Shown: positions 1 through 9,967, counted from the first letter of the stretch. The stretch is 34,998 nucleotides of DNA from Rhodospirillaceae bacterium (GCA_038120765.1 JAYOMI010000007.1:28873-63870); one strand, 5' to 3'. Translations and numbers: made by a program. Notes: a model not told the origin generated them from the letters alone.

Positions 1-171
1 GCGGGAGACGGATACGAAAAAGGGACTGAATGCCGGATCGGTGAAAAGCCGCTCGTACAGACGGCGGTGTACCCGTTCCAGGCAGTCGCGCCCTCCCACG
101 CGGTCATACAGAGATTGCCGGGGGGAGCTGTTGCGGACCAGGTCGTCTTCGGATGTTCTTGTATCGCGCAT
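1..171 (-). CDS. Group I truncated hemoglobin (trHbN-like), 5' part only; runs off the window edge
   Basis: Hand translation from ATG at 171 (SD AAGGAGG upstream) gives MRDTRTSEDDLVRNSSPRQSLYDRVGGRDCLERVHRRLYERLFTDPAFSPFFVSVSR. SLYxRxGG...(F/L)Y...DP...FF is the 2/2 globin N-terminal signature. Absent from the ORF track. Confidence 0.8.
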   Translation of the reverse strand, partial: MRDTRTSEDDLVRNSSPRQSLYDRVGGRDCLERVHRRLYERLFTDPAFSPFFVSVSR

Positions 172-220
172 GACCGCGCCTCCTTCGGGACGACGCTAGC
201 CCACGGCCATGAACAGTTTC

Positions 221-1492
221 TTACCCGGCGCCGTTCTCCCGCGCCGCCCAGCGCGGCAGAATCTCGGCCATGGCCCCGGTGATGGCCGACAGTTCGGCGG
301 GCGTGACGGTGAACGGCGGCATGGTGTAGATCACGTTGCCGAACGGGCGCAGCCAGATGCCGGCCTCCACGAACTGCGCTTTCAGCCAGTCTTGTTCGTG
401 CTGGTCTTCGACCTCCACCGCGCCGATGGCGCCTTTGACACGCACGTCGACCACGCCGGGAATCGATGCCAGCGCCGCGAGGTCTCGCTTCAGCTGCGCC
501 TCTATTGATGCGACCTGTTGCAGGCGGGGCTCCGAGTCGAACAGGTCGAGCGACGCATTGGCGGCCGCACAGGCGAGGGGGCTCGCCATATAGGTCGGGC
601 CGTGCATCAGCGCCGCGTCGGCCCGGTCGGACAGGAAGGCGTCGAACACGTCCGCCGTCGCGACCGTGGCGGCAAGATTGATCGCCCCGCCGGTCAGCGC
701 CTTGCCGAGACAGATGATATCGGGGGCGATACCGGCCTGCGTGTGGGCGAACAGCGTGCCCGCGCGGCCGAAATTGACGGCGATCTCGTCGCAGATCAGC
801 AGCACGCCGGCTTCTTTCGCCGCGTCGGCGATTGTCTTCAGGGTCGCGCTGTCGTGCATTTTCATGCCGCCGGCGCATTGCACCAGCGGTTCGACGATGA
901 TGGCGGCAATCTCGTTCCCATGATCGGCCAGCAATTGCCGGAATGTCGCGGTGCTCCCCTCGTCCCGCGGGATCGGGGCGATCACCTGTTCCGGCAGGTA
1001 GCCCCTGAACAGCGCATGCATGCCCTCGTCCGGGTCGGTCACCGACATCGCAGCCAGCGTGTCGCCATGATAGCCGTGGCGGAAACTGAGGAAGCGGGTG
1101 CGTCCCGTCTCGCCCTGGTTGAGCCAGAACTGAACCGCCATCTTCATCGCGACCTCGACGGCCACAGAGCCTGAATCGGCGAAGAAGACCCGGTTGAGCG
1201 AACCCGGCAGCATGACCGCGAGGCGGGCGGCGAGTTTTTCCGCCGGGTCGTGCACCAGCCCGCCGAACATTACATGCGGCATGGCGTGAAGCTGCTTTTC
1301 CATCGCCATCGCGATATGGGGATGGTTGTAGCCGTGGCAGGCCGTCCACCACGATGCGACCGCGTCGATCAGTTCGCGCCCGTCCTCGAGGATTATCCGC
1401 GCACCCGCGGTCCGCGCCGCGCGCAGCGGCTCGGGCGCATCCTGCATCTGGGTATAGGGCAGCCAGAGATGTGCGGTCGGCACGCCCGACAT
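221..1492 (-). CDS. bioA: Adenosylmethionine-8-amino-7-oxononanoate aminotransferase
   Basis: HLWLPYTQM, SWW, DSGSVAVEVAMKMA, YHGDT, DEIA, GKALTGG (PLP lysine) and HGPTYM motifs; lies next to bioB. Confidence 0.97.
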   Translation of the reverse strand: MSGVPTAHLWLPYTQMQDAPEPLRAARTAGARIILEDGRELIDAVASWWTACHGYNHPHIAMAMEKQLHAMPHVMFGGLVHDPAEKLAARLAVMLPGSLNRVFFADSGSVAVEVAMKMAVQFWLNQGETGRTRFLSFRHGYHGDTLAAMSVTDPDEGMHALFRGYLPEQVIAPIPRDEGSTATFRQLLADHGNEIAAIIVEPLVQCAGGMKMHDSATLKTIADAAKEAGVLLICDEIAVNFGRAGTLFAHTQAGIAPDIICLGKALTGGAINLAATVATADVFDAFLSDRADAALMHGPTYMASPLACAAANASLDLFDSEPRLQQVASIEAQLKRDLAALASIPGVVDVRVKGAIGAVEVEDQHEQDWLKAQFVEAGIWLRPFGNVIYTMPPFTVTPAELSAITGAMAEILPRWAARENGAG

Positions 1493-1496
1493 CGGT

Positions 1497-2510
1497 TTAC
1501 TCTGCGGCAGGCAGGTCCGCCTGCATGTCCATCGGCATGGGCCGCACGCCGAGCTTGTCGAACAGGGCGCGGTCGGTGTGCTGGGACGGATTGCCGGTGG
1601 TCAGCAGCGTATCGCCGTAGAAGATCGAATTCGCGCCCGCGAGGAAGCAGAGCGCCTGTGTGGCGGCGTCCATTTCCAGCCGCCCGGCGGACAGGCGGAC
1701 CATGGATTTCGGCATCATGAGGCGCGCCGTCGCGATGGCGCGGACCAGTTCCAGCGGGTCCAGCGGATCGACGTCCGCAAGCGGCGTGCCGGGAACGGCG
1801 ACTAGCATGTTCAGCGGCACGCTTTCCGGGTGTTCGGGCAGGGTCGCCAGTTCCTGCAGCATGTCTGCGCGGTCGCCCCGCCCTTCGCCCATGCCGACGA
1901 TGCCGCCGCAGCAGACATTGATACCCGCATCGCGGACGCGGGCGAGGGTGTCGAGGCGGTCGGCGAAGGTCCGGGTCGAGATGATCTCTTCGTAGAACGC
2001 CGCGGACGTGTCGATATTGTGGTTGTAATAGTCGAGCCCCGCCTGTTTGAGGCGGTCGGCCTGGCCGTCATCGAGCAGGCCAAGGGTCACGCAGCTTTCC
2101 ATGCCGAGCGATTTGACCTCTGCGATCATGTCGCAGACGGCGTCGAGATCCCGGTCTTTCGGGCCGCGCCATGCCGCCCCCATGCAGAAGCGGGTCGCGC
2201 CTGCATCCTTCGCCCGCAGCGCCGCGGCGCGCACCGCTTCCAGCGACATCAGCTTGTCCGCGCCGACATCGGCCTCGTTATGTGCGCTTTGCGAGCAATA
2301 GGCGCAGTCTTCCGGGCAGCCGCCGGTCTTGATGCTCAGCAGGGTCGATACCTGGACTTCATTGGCATCGAAATGCCGGCGGTGCACGGTCTGCGCGGCG
2401 TGGATAAGGTCGTTGAAAGGCGCGTCCATCAGGGCGCGGGCTTCGGCCTTGGTCCAGTCGTGGCGGATGTCGCCCGCGTCGGCCAGGGGGAGAATCGGTT
2501 CATTTGTCAT
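1497..2510 (-). CDS. bioB: Biotin synthase (radical SAM)
   Basis: [30 protein letters not shown] and GANSIFYG motifs. Start moved to ATG 2510 (MTNEP) to avoid overlapping bioF. Confidence 0.97.
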   Translation of the reverse strand: MTNEPILPLADAGDIRHDWTKAEARALMDAPFNDLIHAAQTVHRRHFDANEVQVSTLLSIKTGGCPEDCAYCSQSAHNEADVGADKLMSLEAVRAAALRAKDAGATRFCMGAAWRGPKDRDLDAVCDMIAEVKSLGMESCVTLGLLDDGQADRLKQAGLDYYNHNIDTSAAFYEEIISTRTFADRLDTLARVRDAGINVCCGGIVGMGEGRGDRADMLQELATLPEHPESVPLNMLVAVPGTPLADVDPLDPLELVRAIATARLMMPKSMVRLSAGRLEMDAATQALCFLAGANSIFYGDTLLTTGNPSQHTDRALFDKLGVRPMPMDMQADLPAAE

Positions 2511-2557
2511 GTCGGCTATACTACGGTCGGGGATGACCACGACAAGCAGGATTCCGC

Positions 2558-3742
2558 ATGTCCAACGAATCGCTCGACAGGTTCGCGAACGCAAAACTCG
2601 ACCGTCTGACGGCGCATGGACTGCGCCGGTCGGTAGTCGACACGCAGCGGACGGATGCGGTGCATATCCGCCGGGACGGGCGCGACATGGTGTCGTTCTG
2701 CTGTAACGATTATCTCGGGCTCACCCATCATCCCGCTGTCAAAGCCGCGGCGGCGGGCGCCGTCGAGTCCTATGGCGCGGGGGCCGGGGCGTCCCGGCTG
2801 ATTACCGGCAATCACGATTTATATGCCGTGCTGGAGGCGAAGCTTGCAGCGCTCAAAGGCACGGAAGCGGCCTGTGTGTTCGGCAGCGGGTATATGGCCA
2901 ATAGCGGCGTCCTGCCCGCCCTGGCAGGGCCGGGAGACCTCATTGTGATCGATGCGCTCGGCCATGCGTCCATGCATATGGGCGCGCGGGCGAGCCGGGC
3001 GGAGATAAAGACCTTCCGGCACAACGATCCTGACGATCTCGCGTCGTTATTGGACGATTGCCGGGACGCGTTCGGTACCTGCCTCGTCGTCACCGAAGGC
3101 GTGTTCAGCATGGACGGCGACCGCGCGCCGCTGGACCGGCTGGCAGCGGTCGCGGCGGATCGCGATGCCTGGCTGATGGTCGACGATGCCCACGGGTTCG
3201 GCGTTCTGGGCGGCGGTCGCGGCAGCGCCTGGGAATTCGATCCGCATCCCGACATACCGCTCCAGATGGGGACGTTATCGAAGGCGGCGGGCGTCTACGG
3301 CGCGTTTCTCTGCGCCAGCGCGCCGGTGATAGAGCTGATGAAAAACCGCGCCCGCAGCCTCGTCTATACGACCGGTCTGCCGCCGTCGGTGATCGCGTCC
3401 TGCATCGCCGCCGTCGATATTATCGCCACCGATACCGACCGTGTCGCGCGGCCGCTGAACACCGCGCGCGCATTCTGCGACGCGGTTGGCCTGCCTGCGC
3501 CGGACAGCCCGATCGTGCCCTTGGTGGTCGGTGCCGAGCAGGTGGCGCTCGATGCTTCGGCGGCGCTGGAGGAAGCGGGCTTTCTGGTGACGCCGATCCG
3601 TCCGCCGACCGTCCCCGCCGGCACGTCGCGGCTGCGCTTTACCTTTACCGCGGAACACACCCCGGCGCAGGTCGGCGCGCTCGCGGCGGCGGTAAACGCG
3701 CTCTCGCTGTCCGTTCCCGGCGCGACGGCCGTCGGGGGCTGA
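2558..3742 (+). CDS. bioF: 8-amino-7-oxononanoate synthase
   Basis: [35 protein letters not shown] and IRPPTVP motifs. Confidence 0.95.
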   Translation: MSNESLDRFANAKLDRLTAHGLRRSVVDTQRTDAVHIRRDGRDMVSFCCNDYLGLTHHPAVKAAAAGAVESYGAGAGASRLITGNHDLYAVLEAKLAALKGTEAACVFGSGYMANSGVLPALAGPGDLIVIDALGHASMHMGARASRAEIKTFRHNDPDDLASLLDDCRDAFGTCLVVTEGVFSMDGDRAPLDRLAAVAADRDAWLMVDDAHGFGVLGGGRGSAWEFDPHPDIPLQMGTLSKAAGVYGAFLCASAPVIELMKNRARSLVYTTGLPPSVIASCIAAVDIIATDTDRVARPLNTARAFCDAVGLPAPDSPIVPLVVGAEQVALDASAALEEAGFLVTPIRPPTVPAGTSRLRFTFTAEHTPAQVGALAAAVNALSLSVPGATAVGG

Positions 3743-3743
3743 G

Positions 3744-4385
3744 ATGCCGGCCGTCTTCGTGACCGCGTCGGGCACCGATATCGGGAAAACCTACGTCGCC
3801 GAGGCCCTGCTGCGGCAATGGCGCCAGTCGGGCCGTACGGTCGCCGTCCTCAAGCCGCTGCTGAGCGGGTACGATCCGGCGGATGCCGCGAACAGCGATA
3901 CCGGGCGCCTGCTCGCGGCGTCGGGGGTCGCGATCACGCCCGAAAGCATCGATCTCGTCTCGCCCTGGCGGTACGCCGCCCCGTTGTCGCCCGACATGGC
4001 AGCCGCCAGGGAGGGGAAGTCGGTCTCGGTGAACGATGTGATCGCCTATTGCGCCGCGGCCATCGCCGAGGCGGACGAGGCCGGCATGTCCCTGCTGATC
4101 GAGGGAATCGGGGGTGTCATGGTGCCGCTGGACGATACGCGGACCGTCGCCGACCTGATTGCCGCGCTGGGCATCCCGGCAATCCTCGTCGGTGGCAGCT
4201 ATCTCGGCAGTCTCAGCCACTCGCTGACAGCCTATGAGGCACTGCGGGCCCGGAACGTTGCCGTCGATTGCGTGATTGTCAGCGAAACGCCGGACAGCGA
4301 CGTGCCGCTGGCGGAAACGCGGGATGTGCTCGCCCGGTTCGTCGCCCCCGTGCCGGTGGAGGTGATGCCGTTCGCGCCAAGCTAG
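3744..4385 (+). CDS. bioD: Dethiobiotin synthetase
   Basis: FVTASGTDIGKT P-loop, KP, EGIGG and YLGSLSH motifs; starts 1 nt after the bioF stop. Confidence 0.95.
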   Translation: MPAVFVTASGTDIGKTYVAEALLRQWRQSGRTVAVLKPLLSGYDPADAANSDTGRLLAASGVAITPESIDLVSPWRYAAPLSPDMAAAREGKSVSVNDVIAYCAAAIAEADEAGMSLLIEGIGGVMVPLDDTRTVADLIAALGIPAILVGGSYLGSLSHSLTAYEALRARNVAVDCVIVSETPDSDVPLAETRDVLARFVAPVPVEVMPFAPS

Positions 4386-4395
4386 CGCGACTGCG

Positions 4396-5247
4396 TCAGG
4401 GCGTGCGCGCGGTGACAATCCAGCAGGCGCCGGCGAGACGGACGATGCCGTCTTCGTCCTGGTTCTCTTCCAGCACATCCGTGATGGCGGCAATTGCCTT
4501 CCGGCGGTTTTCGCCCGTCACATTGCCCAGCGGCGCCGATAGCGGGCCCATCTCCATGACGAAGTTCAGCGCTTCTTCCAGTGTCCGGCCCAGTGGCACC
4601 TCGAAGTCCAGCGGGGCAAGGCCGATATCGGTCAGGCCCGCGCTGCCGAGAATGCGGCGCACGCGGTCCGGGTCGGCGAACGAGAAGGGGCCCGGCTCTT
4701 CCGGTCCGGGGCGCGGCGGCATGTCGAGGAATTCCCTCGCGGCGGCGACGGGGCCCATCGCCCACAGGTTTTCACGCGGCCCCCGCCAGACGCCGAGCGC
4801 AATCCGCCCGCCTGGATCGAGGGACGGCGCGAGACGGCGGAAGGTATCTGCCGGGTCGTCGAAGAACATTGCGCCGAGGCGGGAGACCATGGCGTCGAAT
4901 GAACTTGCGGCGAAGGGATAGACCGAGGCGTCGCCCAGCAGGAAATCGACATTGACCAGCTGCGCCGCGTCGCTGCGCTGCCGCGCTCGTTCGAGCATCG
5001 GGGCGGAAACGTCAATCGCGGTGACGCTGCCGACGGGCGTCACCCTTTCGGCGATGGCGAGCGAGGTGCCGCCGCTGCCGCAGCCGAGATCGAGCACCCG
5101 GTCCCCGGGGCTTATGTCGGCGGCGTTCAGCACGGCCTCCGTGATCTCGGCGAACATGATGTCGACGATGTCGGCATGGCGCGCCCATGCGCTGCCGTGA
5201 TCGCCATTCCAGAATTCGATCTGGTCCATGTTGGTGTAGTCCGTCAT
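4396..5247 (-). CDS. Class I SAM-dependent methyltransferase (UbiE/Methyltransf_25-like)
   Basis: VLDLGCGSG motif I, SRLGAMFF and PGPFSFADP. Start at ATG 5247 (MTDYTN) with SD AGGGAG; the longer track ORF runs across the rpsU terminator. Confidence 0.88.
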   Translation of the reverse strand: MTDYTNMDQIEFWNGDHGSAWARHADIVDIMFAEITEAVLNAADISPGDRVLDLGCGSGGTSLAIAERVTPVGSVTAIDVSAPMLERARQRSDAAQLVNVDFLLGDASVYPFAASSFDAMVSRLGAMFFDDPADTFRRLAPSLDPGGRIALGVWRGPRENLWAMGPVAAAREFLDMPPRPGPEEPGPFSFADPDRVRRILGSAGLTDIGLAPLDFEVPLGRTLEEALNFVMEMGPLSAPLGNVTGENRRKAIAAITDVLEENQDEDGIVRLAGACWIVTARTP

Positions 5248-5274
5248 ATCGCGCTCCCTGAAATTCCAGCCATG

Positions 5275-5301
5275 AAAAAAGGCCGCATAAAGCGGCCTTT
5301 T
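5275..5301 (-). terminator. Intrinsic terminator of rpsU (bidirectional-type)
   Basis: AAAAAA-GGCCGC-ataaa-GCGGCC-TTTT, about 35 nt after the rpsU stop. Confidence 0.85.
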
Positions 5302-5335
5302 AGAATTCTGTGCGGTTACATGTCCCGCGGGAAGG

Positions 5336-5539
5336 CTAGAAGCCTTCGCGTTCGATCCGCTTGCGTTCCAGCTTGCGGGCGCGACGGATGGCCTCTGCCT
5401 TTTCACGGGCACGGCGTTCCGACGGCTTTTCGTATGACCGGCGCATTTTCATTTCCCGGAAAATGCCTTCGCGCTGCATCTTCTTTTTAAGCGCGCGAAG
5501 CGCCTGATCTACGTCGTTGTCTCTAACACTAACTTCCAC
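5336..5539 (-). CDS. rpsU: 30S ribosomal protein bS21
   Basis: [21 protein letters not shown]...YEKPSE; GTG start with SD AGGAG. Confidence 0.98.
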   Translation of the reverse strand: MEVSVRDNDVDQALRALKKKMQREGIFREMKMRRSYEKPSERRAREKAEAIRRARKLERKRIEREGF

Positions 5540-5744
5540 GGTCCGATGGTCTCCTGTCGGGCGTTATAAAATTCGGTTATGATGATATTTCACTGCACAC
5601 AGCGAAAACCGGCATTTCCACCGGCTCGTTGACGGGTGTATAGCATATACGGGGGTTGATTTTAAAGTCCTTAACGCCATTCTCTCATATATGCGAAAAA
5701 CAGCCGATTTCTGCGTTTAAACAGCCTCAGGACCCCGATTTTCC

Positions 5745-6332
5745 ATGACTCTTCTCAAAATTGCCCGCATGGGACACCCGGTTTTGCTCAAAACGGCGGC
5801 GGAAATCGCCGATCCGACGTCGCGCGATGTCGGCCGTCTGCTCGAGGATATGGTCGAGACGATGGAGGACGCGACGGGGGTCGGACTGGCAGCCCCGCAG
5901 GTCTATGAAGGCAAGCGCGTGATCATTTTTAAATCGCCCCGCGAACGCGGCGAGGAAGATGCCGCCGCCACGGATTTTTCTCCGCTCACCGCGCTGATCA
6001 ACCCCGAATTCGAACCGCTGGACGACGAACTGGTCATGGGCTGGGAAGGCTGCCTGTCTATTCCCGGCATGACCGGCGCCGTGCCGCGCTATTCGCGTAT
6101 CGTCTATCGCGGCTATGCGCCGAACGGCGAAGCGGTGGAACGCGAAGCGACGAATTTTCATGCGCGGGTGGTGCAGCATGAAATCGATCACCTCGACGGC
6201 GTGTTGTTCCCTATGCGGATGACCGACCTGTCCATGCTGACGTTCAATGAGGAACTCAAGAACTTCATGGAATATGCGATGGCGCGGAATTCGGGCGAGG
6301 AGAATACCGATCCGGAAGAGGGGGACGCATGA
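5745..6332 (+). CDS. def: Peptide deformylase
   Basis: GVGLAAPQ, EGCLS and QHEIDHLDG motifs. Confidence 0.97.
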   Translation: MTLLKIARMGHPVLLKTAAEIADPTSRDVGRLLEDMVETMEDATGVGLAAPQVYEGKRVIIFKSPRERGEEDAAATDFSPLTALINPEFEPLDDELVMGWEGCLSIPGMTGAVPRYSRIVYRGYAPNGEAVEREATNFHARVVQHEIDHLDGVLFPMRMTDLSMLTFNEELKNFMEYAMARNSGEENTDPEEGDA

Positions 6333-7024
6333 CCGATCCCGAGCACGTCATCGATACCACCCTGCGCGACCGGCTGATTGTCGCGACCCTTGCGCATACT
6401 CCGTTCGATGGCTGGTCGCCGGCAGCGCTGCGCGCCGGGGCGCGGGATATCGGCGTCAGCGATGACGTCGCACAGGCGGCATTCCCCCGCGGCACGAGCG
6501 ATATGATCCGGCATTTTTCGCGCTGGGCTGACCGCTGCATGATTGCCGGTCTGGAAGCTGCGGATCTCGACGAGATGCGGATCCATGAGCGCGTCACCAT
6601 CGCCGTGGAGCTGCGGCTTGAAGCGCTGGAACCCCACAGGGAAGCCGTCCGCCGCGGTCTGTCCTGGCTCGCGATGCCGCAGAATGCGGCGCTCGGCGCG
6701 CGCCTCCTGTACCGCACCGTCGATGACATCTGGTATGCGGTTGGCGACCGCTCGGCCGATTTTTCGTTCTATACAAAGCGCGGATTGCTGGCGGGCGTGG
6801 TTGCATCGACCACCCTGTTCTGGCTGGACGACACCAGCGAGGGCGGGACGGAAACATCCGATTTTCTCGACGGGCGCATTGCGGATGTGATGCGCATTAC
6901 CTCGGTCCGCCGCCGCACGGAAGATATTTGTCAGAAAACACCGAACCCGCTGCGTATCCTGCGCGATGTCGCGCGCAAGCGTTACGGCGGACAGGCCTCA
7001 GGGGGCGGGTCGTACCCGGGGTGA
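6329..7024 (+). CDS. COQ9-family (rpsU-divergently transcribed) protein
   Basis: FDGWS and DDIWYAVGDRSADFSFYTKR motifs; ATGA overlap with def; typical position opposite rpsU. Confidence 0.9.
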   Translation: MTDPEHVIDTTLRDRLIVATLAHTPFDGWSPAALRAGARDIGVSDDVAQAAFPRGTSDMIRHFSRWADRCMIAGLEAADLDEMRIHERVTIAVELRLEALEPHREAVRRGLSWLAMPQNAALGARLLYRTVDDIWYAVGDRSADFSFYTKRGLLAGVVASTTLFWLDDTSEGGTETSDFLDGRIADVMRITSVRRRTEDICQKTPNPLRILRDVARKRYGGQASGGGSYPG

Positions 7025-8107
7025 CAGCCGGTTGACGTGGCCCATCTTGCGGCCCGGCCGGCTCTCGGCCTTGCCGTACAGGTGAAGGCAGGCGCCGTCT
7101 TCCTTCATCAGCTCCAGCCACCGGTCCGCCTCATCGCCGATCAGGTTGGTCATCACCGCGTTTGAATGACGTTCAGGGTCGCCCAGCGGCAGGCCGGCGA
7201 CCGCGCGGATAAACTGTTCGAACTGGCTGACAGCGCAGGCATCCATCGTCCAGTGGCCGGAGTTATGGGGCCGGGGGGCGATTTCGTTGACCAGAACGTC
7301 GCCGTCGCGGGTGACGAACATCTCGACCGCCAGCAGTCCGACCAGATCGAGCGCATCGGCAATCCTGTCCGCGATATTCCGGGCTGTCCTGGCGATATCG
7401 GCATTGACGGTCGACGGCGCGGTTGTGGTGAAAAGGATATGGTCGCGGTGGACGTTATCGACCGGGATATAGCTTCTGGTGTCGCCGCCGGGGCCGCGCG
7501 CGACGATCACCGATATTTCGCGCTCGAAATCGACGAAACCTTCCAGCACGGCGGGTGCTTCGTCTAGTTGTGCCCATGCGGCGGCGAGACCTGCGGCGGA
7601 CTCGACGCGCACCTGTCCCTTGCCGTCATAGCCGAACCGCGCGGTTTTCAGGATCGCGGGGAAGCCGATCCCGGCGGCAGGTTCAATATCCGCCGCGGTG
7701 ACGACAGGCGCCCACGGCGCGGTCCCGATTCCGTTATCGGCGAGAAACGTTTTTTCGATCGCCCGGTCCTGGGATATGTGGAGCGCATCGACGCTCGGTC
7801 GCACCGGCACGGCCTCCGCGATCACTGCGAGCGTTTCGTCCGGGACGTTCTCGAATTCGAATGTCACGACATCGACGGCGGCGGCGAAGGCGCGCGCGGC
7901 GTCCATGTCGTCATATGGCGCGGTGGTCTGTGCGGCGGAGACTTCCTTGGCAGGCGCATCGGCATCCGGGCTGAAGATATGACACCGGTATCCAAGCGCC
8001 GCGGCAGCGAGCGCCGCCATCCGGCCCAGTTGTCCGCCGCCCAGAATGCCGATGGTGGCGCCGGGCGGCAGCGGCGCGCCGGGATCTCGGCTTGAGCCGT
8101 TCGTCAC
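6998..8107 (-). CDS. purK: N5-carboxyaminoimidazole ribonucleotide synthase
   Basis: GILGGGQLGRM, GYDGKGQ, NEIAPRPHNSGHWT and HLYGK..RPGRKMGH motifs; GTG start at 8107, just after the purE stop. Confidence 0.96.
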   Translation of the reverse strand: MTNGSSRDPGAPLPPGATIGILGGGQLGRMAALAAAALGYRCHIFSPDADAPAKEVSAAQTTAPYDDMDAARAFAAAVDVVTFEFENVPDETLAVIAEAVPVRPSVDALHISQDRAIEKTFLADNGIGTAPWAPVVTAADIEPAAGIGFPAILKTARFGYDGKGQVRVESAAGLAAAWAQLDEAPAVLEGFVDFEREISVIVARGPGGDTRSYIPVDNVHRDHILFTTTAPSTVNADIARTARNIADRIADALDLVGLLAVEMFVTRDGDVLVNEIAPRPHNSGHWTMDACAVSQFEQFIRAVAGLPLGDPERHSNAVMTNLIGDEADRWLELMKEDGACLHLYGKAESRPGRKMGHVNRLSPRVRPAP

Positions 8108-8108
8108 G

Positions 8109-8645
8109 TCAGCGGCCCGTCGGGGAGTCCGGCACGTCGGCGGTTTGCTTCGCCCGCCATGCGTCCAGCTTTTTCGCCACCTTGTCGTCCTGCAGCGCGA
8201 TGATGGAGGCCGCCATAAGGCCGGCATTCTTGGCGCCGGGCGTTCCGATGGCCAGCGTCCCGACGGGAATGCCGCCCGGCATCTGGACGATGGAAAGGAG
8301 GCTGTCCATGCCGCTCAGCGCCTTGCTTTCGACGGGCACGCCCAGCACCGGCAGGGCGGTCATCGCGGCGACCATGCCGGGCAGGTGCGCCGCACCGCCG
8401 GCGCCCGCGATAATAACATTCAGGCCGCGCTCTTTCGCCGATTTGGCGTATTCGGCCAGCCGGTCCGGCGTTCGGTGGGCAGATACGATTTTCGTCTCGA
8501 ACGGTACGCCCAGCGCTTTCAGCATGTCGACGGCGTTCTTCATCGTCGGCCAGTCCGATTTCGAGCCCATGATGACCCCGACGACGGGCGCTTTCGCCGC
8601 CGGTTTGCGCCGATTGGTGGATCCCGCCGTTTTACCCGCAACCAT
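8109..8645 (-). CDS. purE: N5-CAIR mutase
   Basis: [24 protein letters not shown] and [11 protein letters not shown] motifs; ATG 8645 with SD AAGGGGAG. Confidence 0.97.
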   Translation of the reverse strand: MVAGKTAGSTNRRKPAAKAPVVGVIMGSKSDWPTMKNAVDMLKALGVPFETKIVSAHRTPDRLAEYAKSAKERGLNVIIAGAGGAAHLPGMVAAMTALPVLGVPVESKALSGMDSLLSIVQMPGGIPVGTLAIGTPGAKNAGLMAASIIALQDDKVAKKLDAWRAKQTADVPDSPTGR

Positions 8646-8789
8646 GCTCGCTCCCCTTAAATGCCGCGCCGCCAGCCCGATAACCTCAGGATGGCGGCTA
8701 TACCTGAAAACACGTCCGATACCACGTGCCACAAGGGCCGTATTATAAGGCCGGGATCGGCCCACGCAAAGCGCAGGAATCCGCCACTC

Positions 8790-8805
8790 TAAACCAAATC
8801 TTAAC
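8790..8805 (+). promoter_or_regulatory. Putative CtrA box upstream of the GGDEF gene
   Basis: TAAA-ccaaatc-TTAAC, one mismatch to TTAA-N7-TTAAC, about 50 nt before ATG 8855. Confidence 0.5.
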
Positions 8806-8854
8806 GGTCCGGATGGTATCAGTTCCGCATACTGCAGAACCGGGTACCGTTCCT

Positions 8855-9580
8855 ATGCGCATAGACAATACACGCCGGCCGGCAGCTTCTGCCGGTGTCG
8901 GCTCGTACGAAAAAGCCAGCAAGACCGCCGAAAACGCGCCTGTCCGACGGGCGACGGATGCGGCATCGGTGCTCGGAATTCCGGCGAACGAGCTGACGCC
9001 GAAGGTGCAGGAAGCGATCACCCAGCTTATGGCCGAGGTCGATACGCTGCGCCAGGAGCTCAACGAGAGCAAGAATCGGATCGAATACCTGGAAGAGCTT
9101 GCCGATCAGGACACGCTGGCACCGGTCGCCAACCGCCGCGCCTTTGTGCGGGAACTGTCGCGCAACCTGTCCTATGCCGAACGCTACGGTACGCCGTCCA
9201 GCGTGATCTACCTGGACCTGAACGGGCTCAAACAGCTCAATGACGGCAAGGGCCACGCGGCGGGCGACGCGGCTATTCTGAAGGTTGCGAAAATTCTTGC
9301 AGGCAATGTGCGTGAATCCGACATCGTCGGCCGGCTCGGCGGCGATGAATTCGGCGTCATGCTGTCCCACGCCGATGAAGAGGCCGCCCGGAACAAGGCC
9401 GAGTTCCTTGCCAGGACAATCGCCGAGGACCCGCTCGAATGGCAGGGCGAGGAGATCACTCTGGATGTCGCCTTCGGGGTGCACACCATTCGCGGCGGCG
9501 GCGATGCCGGGGCGGCGCTGGAGGCAGCGGACAAGGCCATGTACGCCAACAAGGTGGGAACACGCGCCGAACCTGCCTGA
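8855..9580 (+). CDS. Diguanylate cyclase (coiled coil + GGDEF)
   Basis: DTL..VANRRAF, DLNGLKQLND..GHAAGD, RESD I-site and GRLGGDEF motifs. Start uncertain (8855 or 8813). Confidence 0.92.
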   Translation: MRIDNTRRPAASAGVGSYEKASKTAENAPVRRATDAASVLGIPANELTPKVQEAITQLMAEVDTLRQELNESKNRIEYLEELADQDTLAPVANRRAFVRELSRNLSYAERYGTPSSVIYLDLNGLKQLNDGKGHAAGDAAILKVAKILAGNVRESDIVGRLGGDEFGVMLSHADEEAARNKAEFLARTIAEDPLEWQGEEITLDVAFGVHTIRGGGDAGAALEAADKAMYANKVGTRAEPA

Positions 9581-9663
9581 CGGGAATCCCGCGCGCATAT
9601 GCCACTACGGGAACCGGACGATGTCTGTCCGGGGGGCCCTGATGCATACTTTCCGGATAAATC

Positions 9664-9864
9664 TCAGGCAATGATATCGGGCAGCAACTGGTCTTCGATG
9701 CCCGCTATCTGATCTTTTAGGATAAGCTTGCGTTTTTTCAGCCGCTGCAACTGTAGCTGGTCGTAGGGCGCGCGTTCTGTCAGCCGCGCGATGACGTCAT
9801 CCAGATCGCGATGCTCAAGCTCCAGTTCCACCAGCTTCTGGCGAAGGGCTTCCTGTTCGCTCAT
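9664..9864 (-). CDS. YdcH/DUF465 family small protein
   Basis: LELEHRDLDDVI...LQRLKKRKLILKDQI. Confidence 0.9.
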   Translation of the reverse strand: MSEQEALRQKLVELELEHRDLDDVIARLTERAPYDQLQLQRLKKRKLILKDQIAGIEDQLLPDIIA

Positions 9865-9967
9865 GAATTCAGTCTCATTTTAGTTCTTGCGGTGCGAAGG
9901 ATAGCAGAAACGGCTGCGTACTGTTAATTTTGAGCACGTCTTCGCAGCAGATTTATGGGGCTTATTC

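Noticed and set aside
2504-2545. TTGTC...GACAA inverted repeat as a BirA operator
   Set aside because: The arms are 32 nt apart and lack the AAC/GTT core; BirA sites have a spacer of about 14-16 nt.
5660-5675. TTAA-N5-TTAAC between rpsU and def as a CtrA site
   Set aside because: Wrong spacing; a half-site at best.
6998-7024. 27-bp convergent overlap of the COQ9-family gene and purK
   Set aside because: Short tail-to-tail overlaps are common and there is no sign of function.
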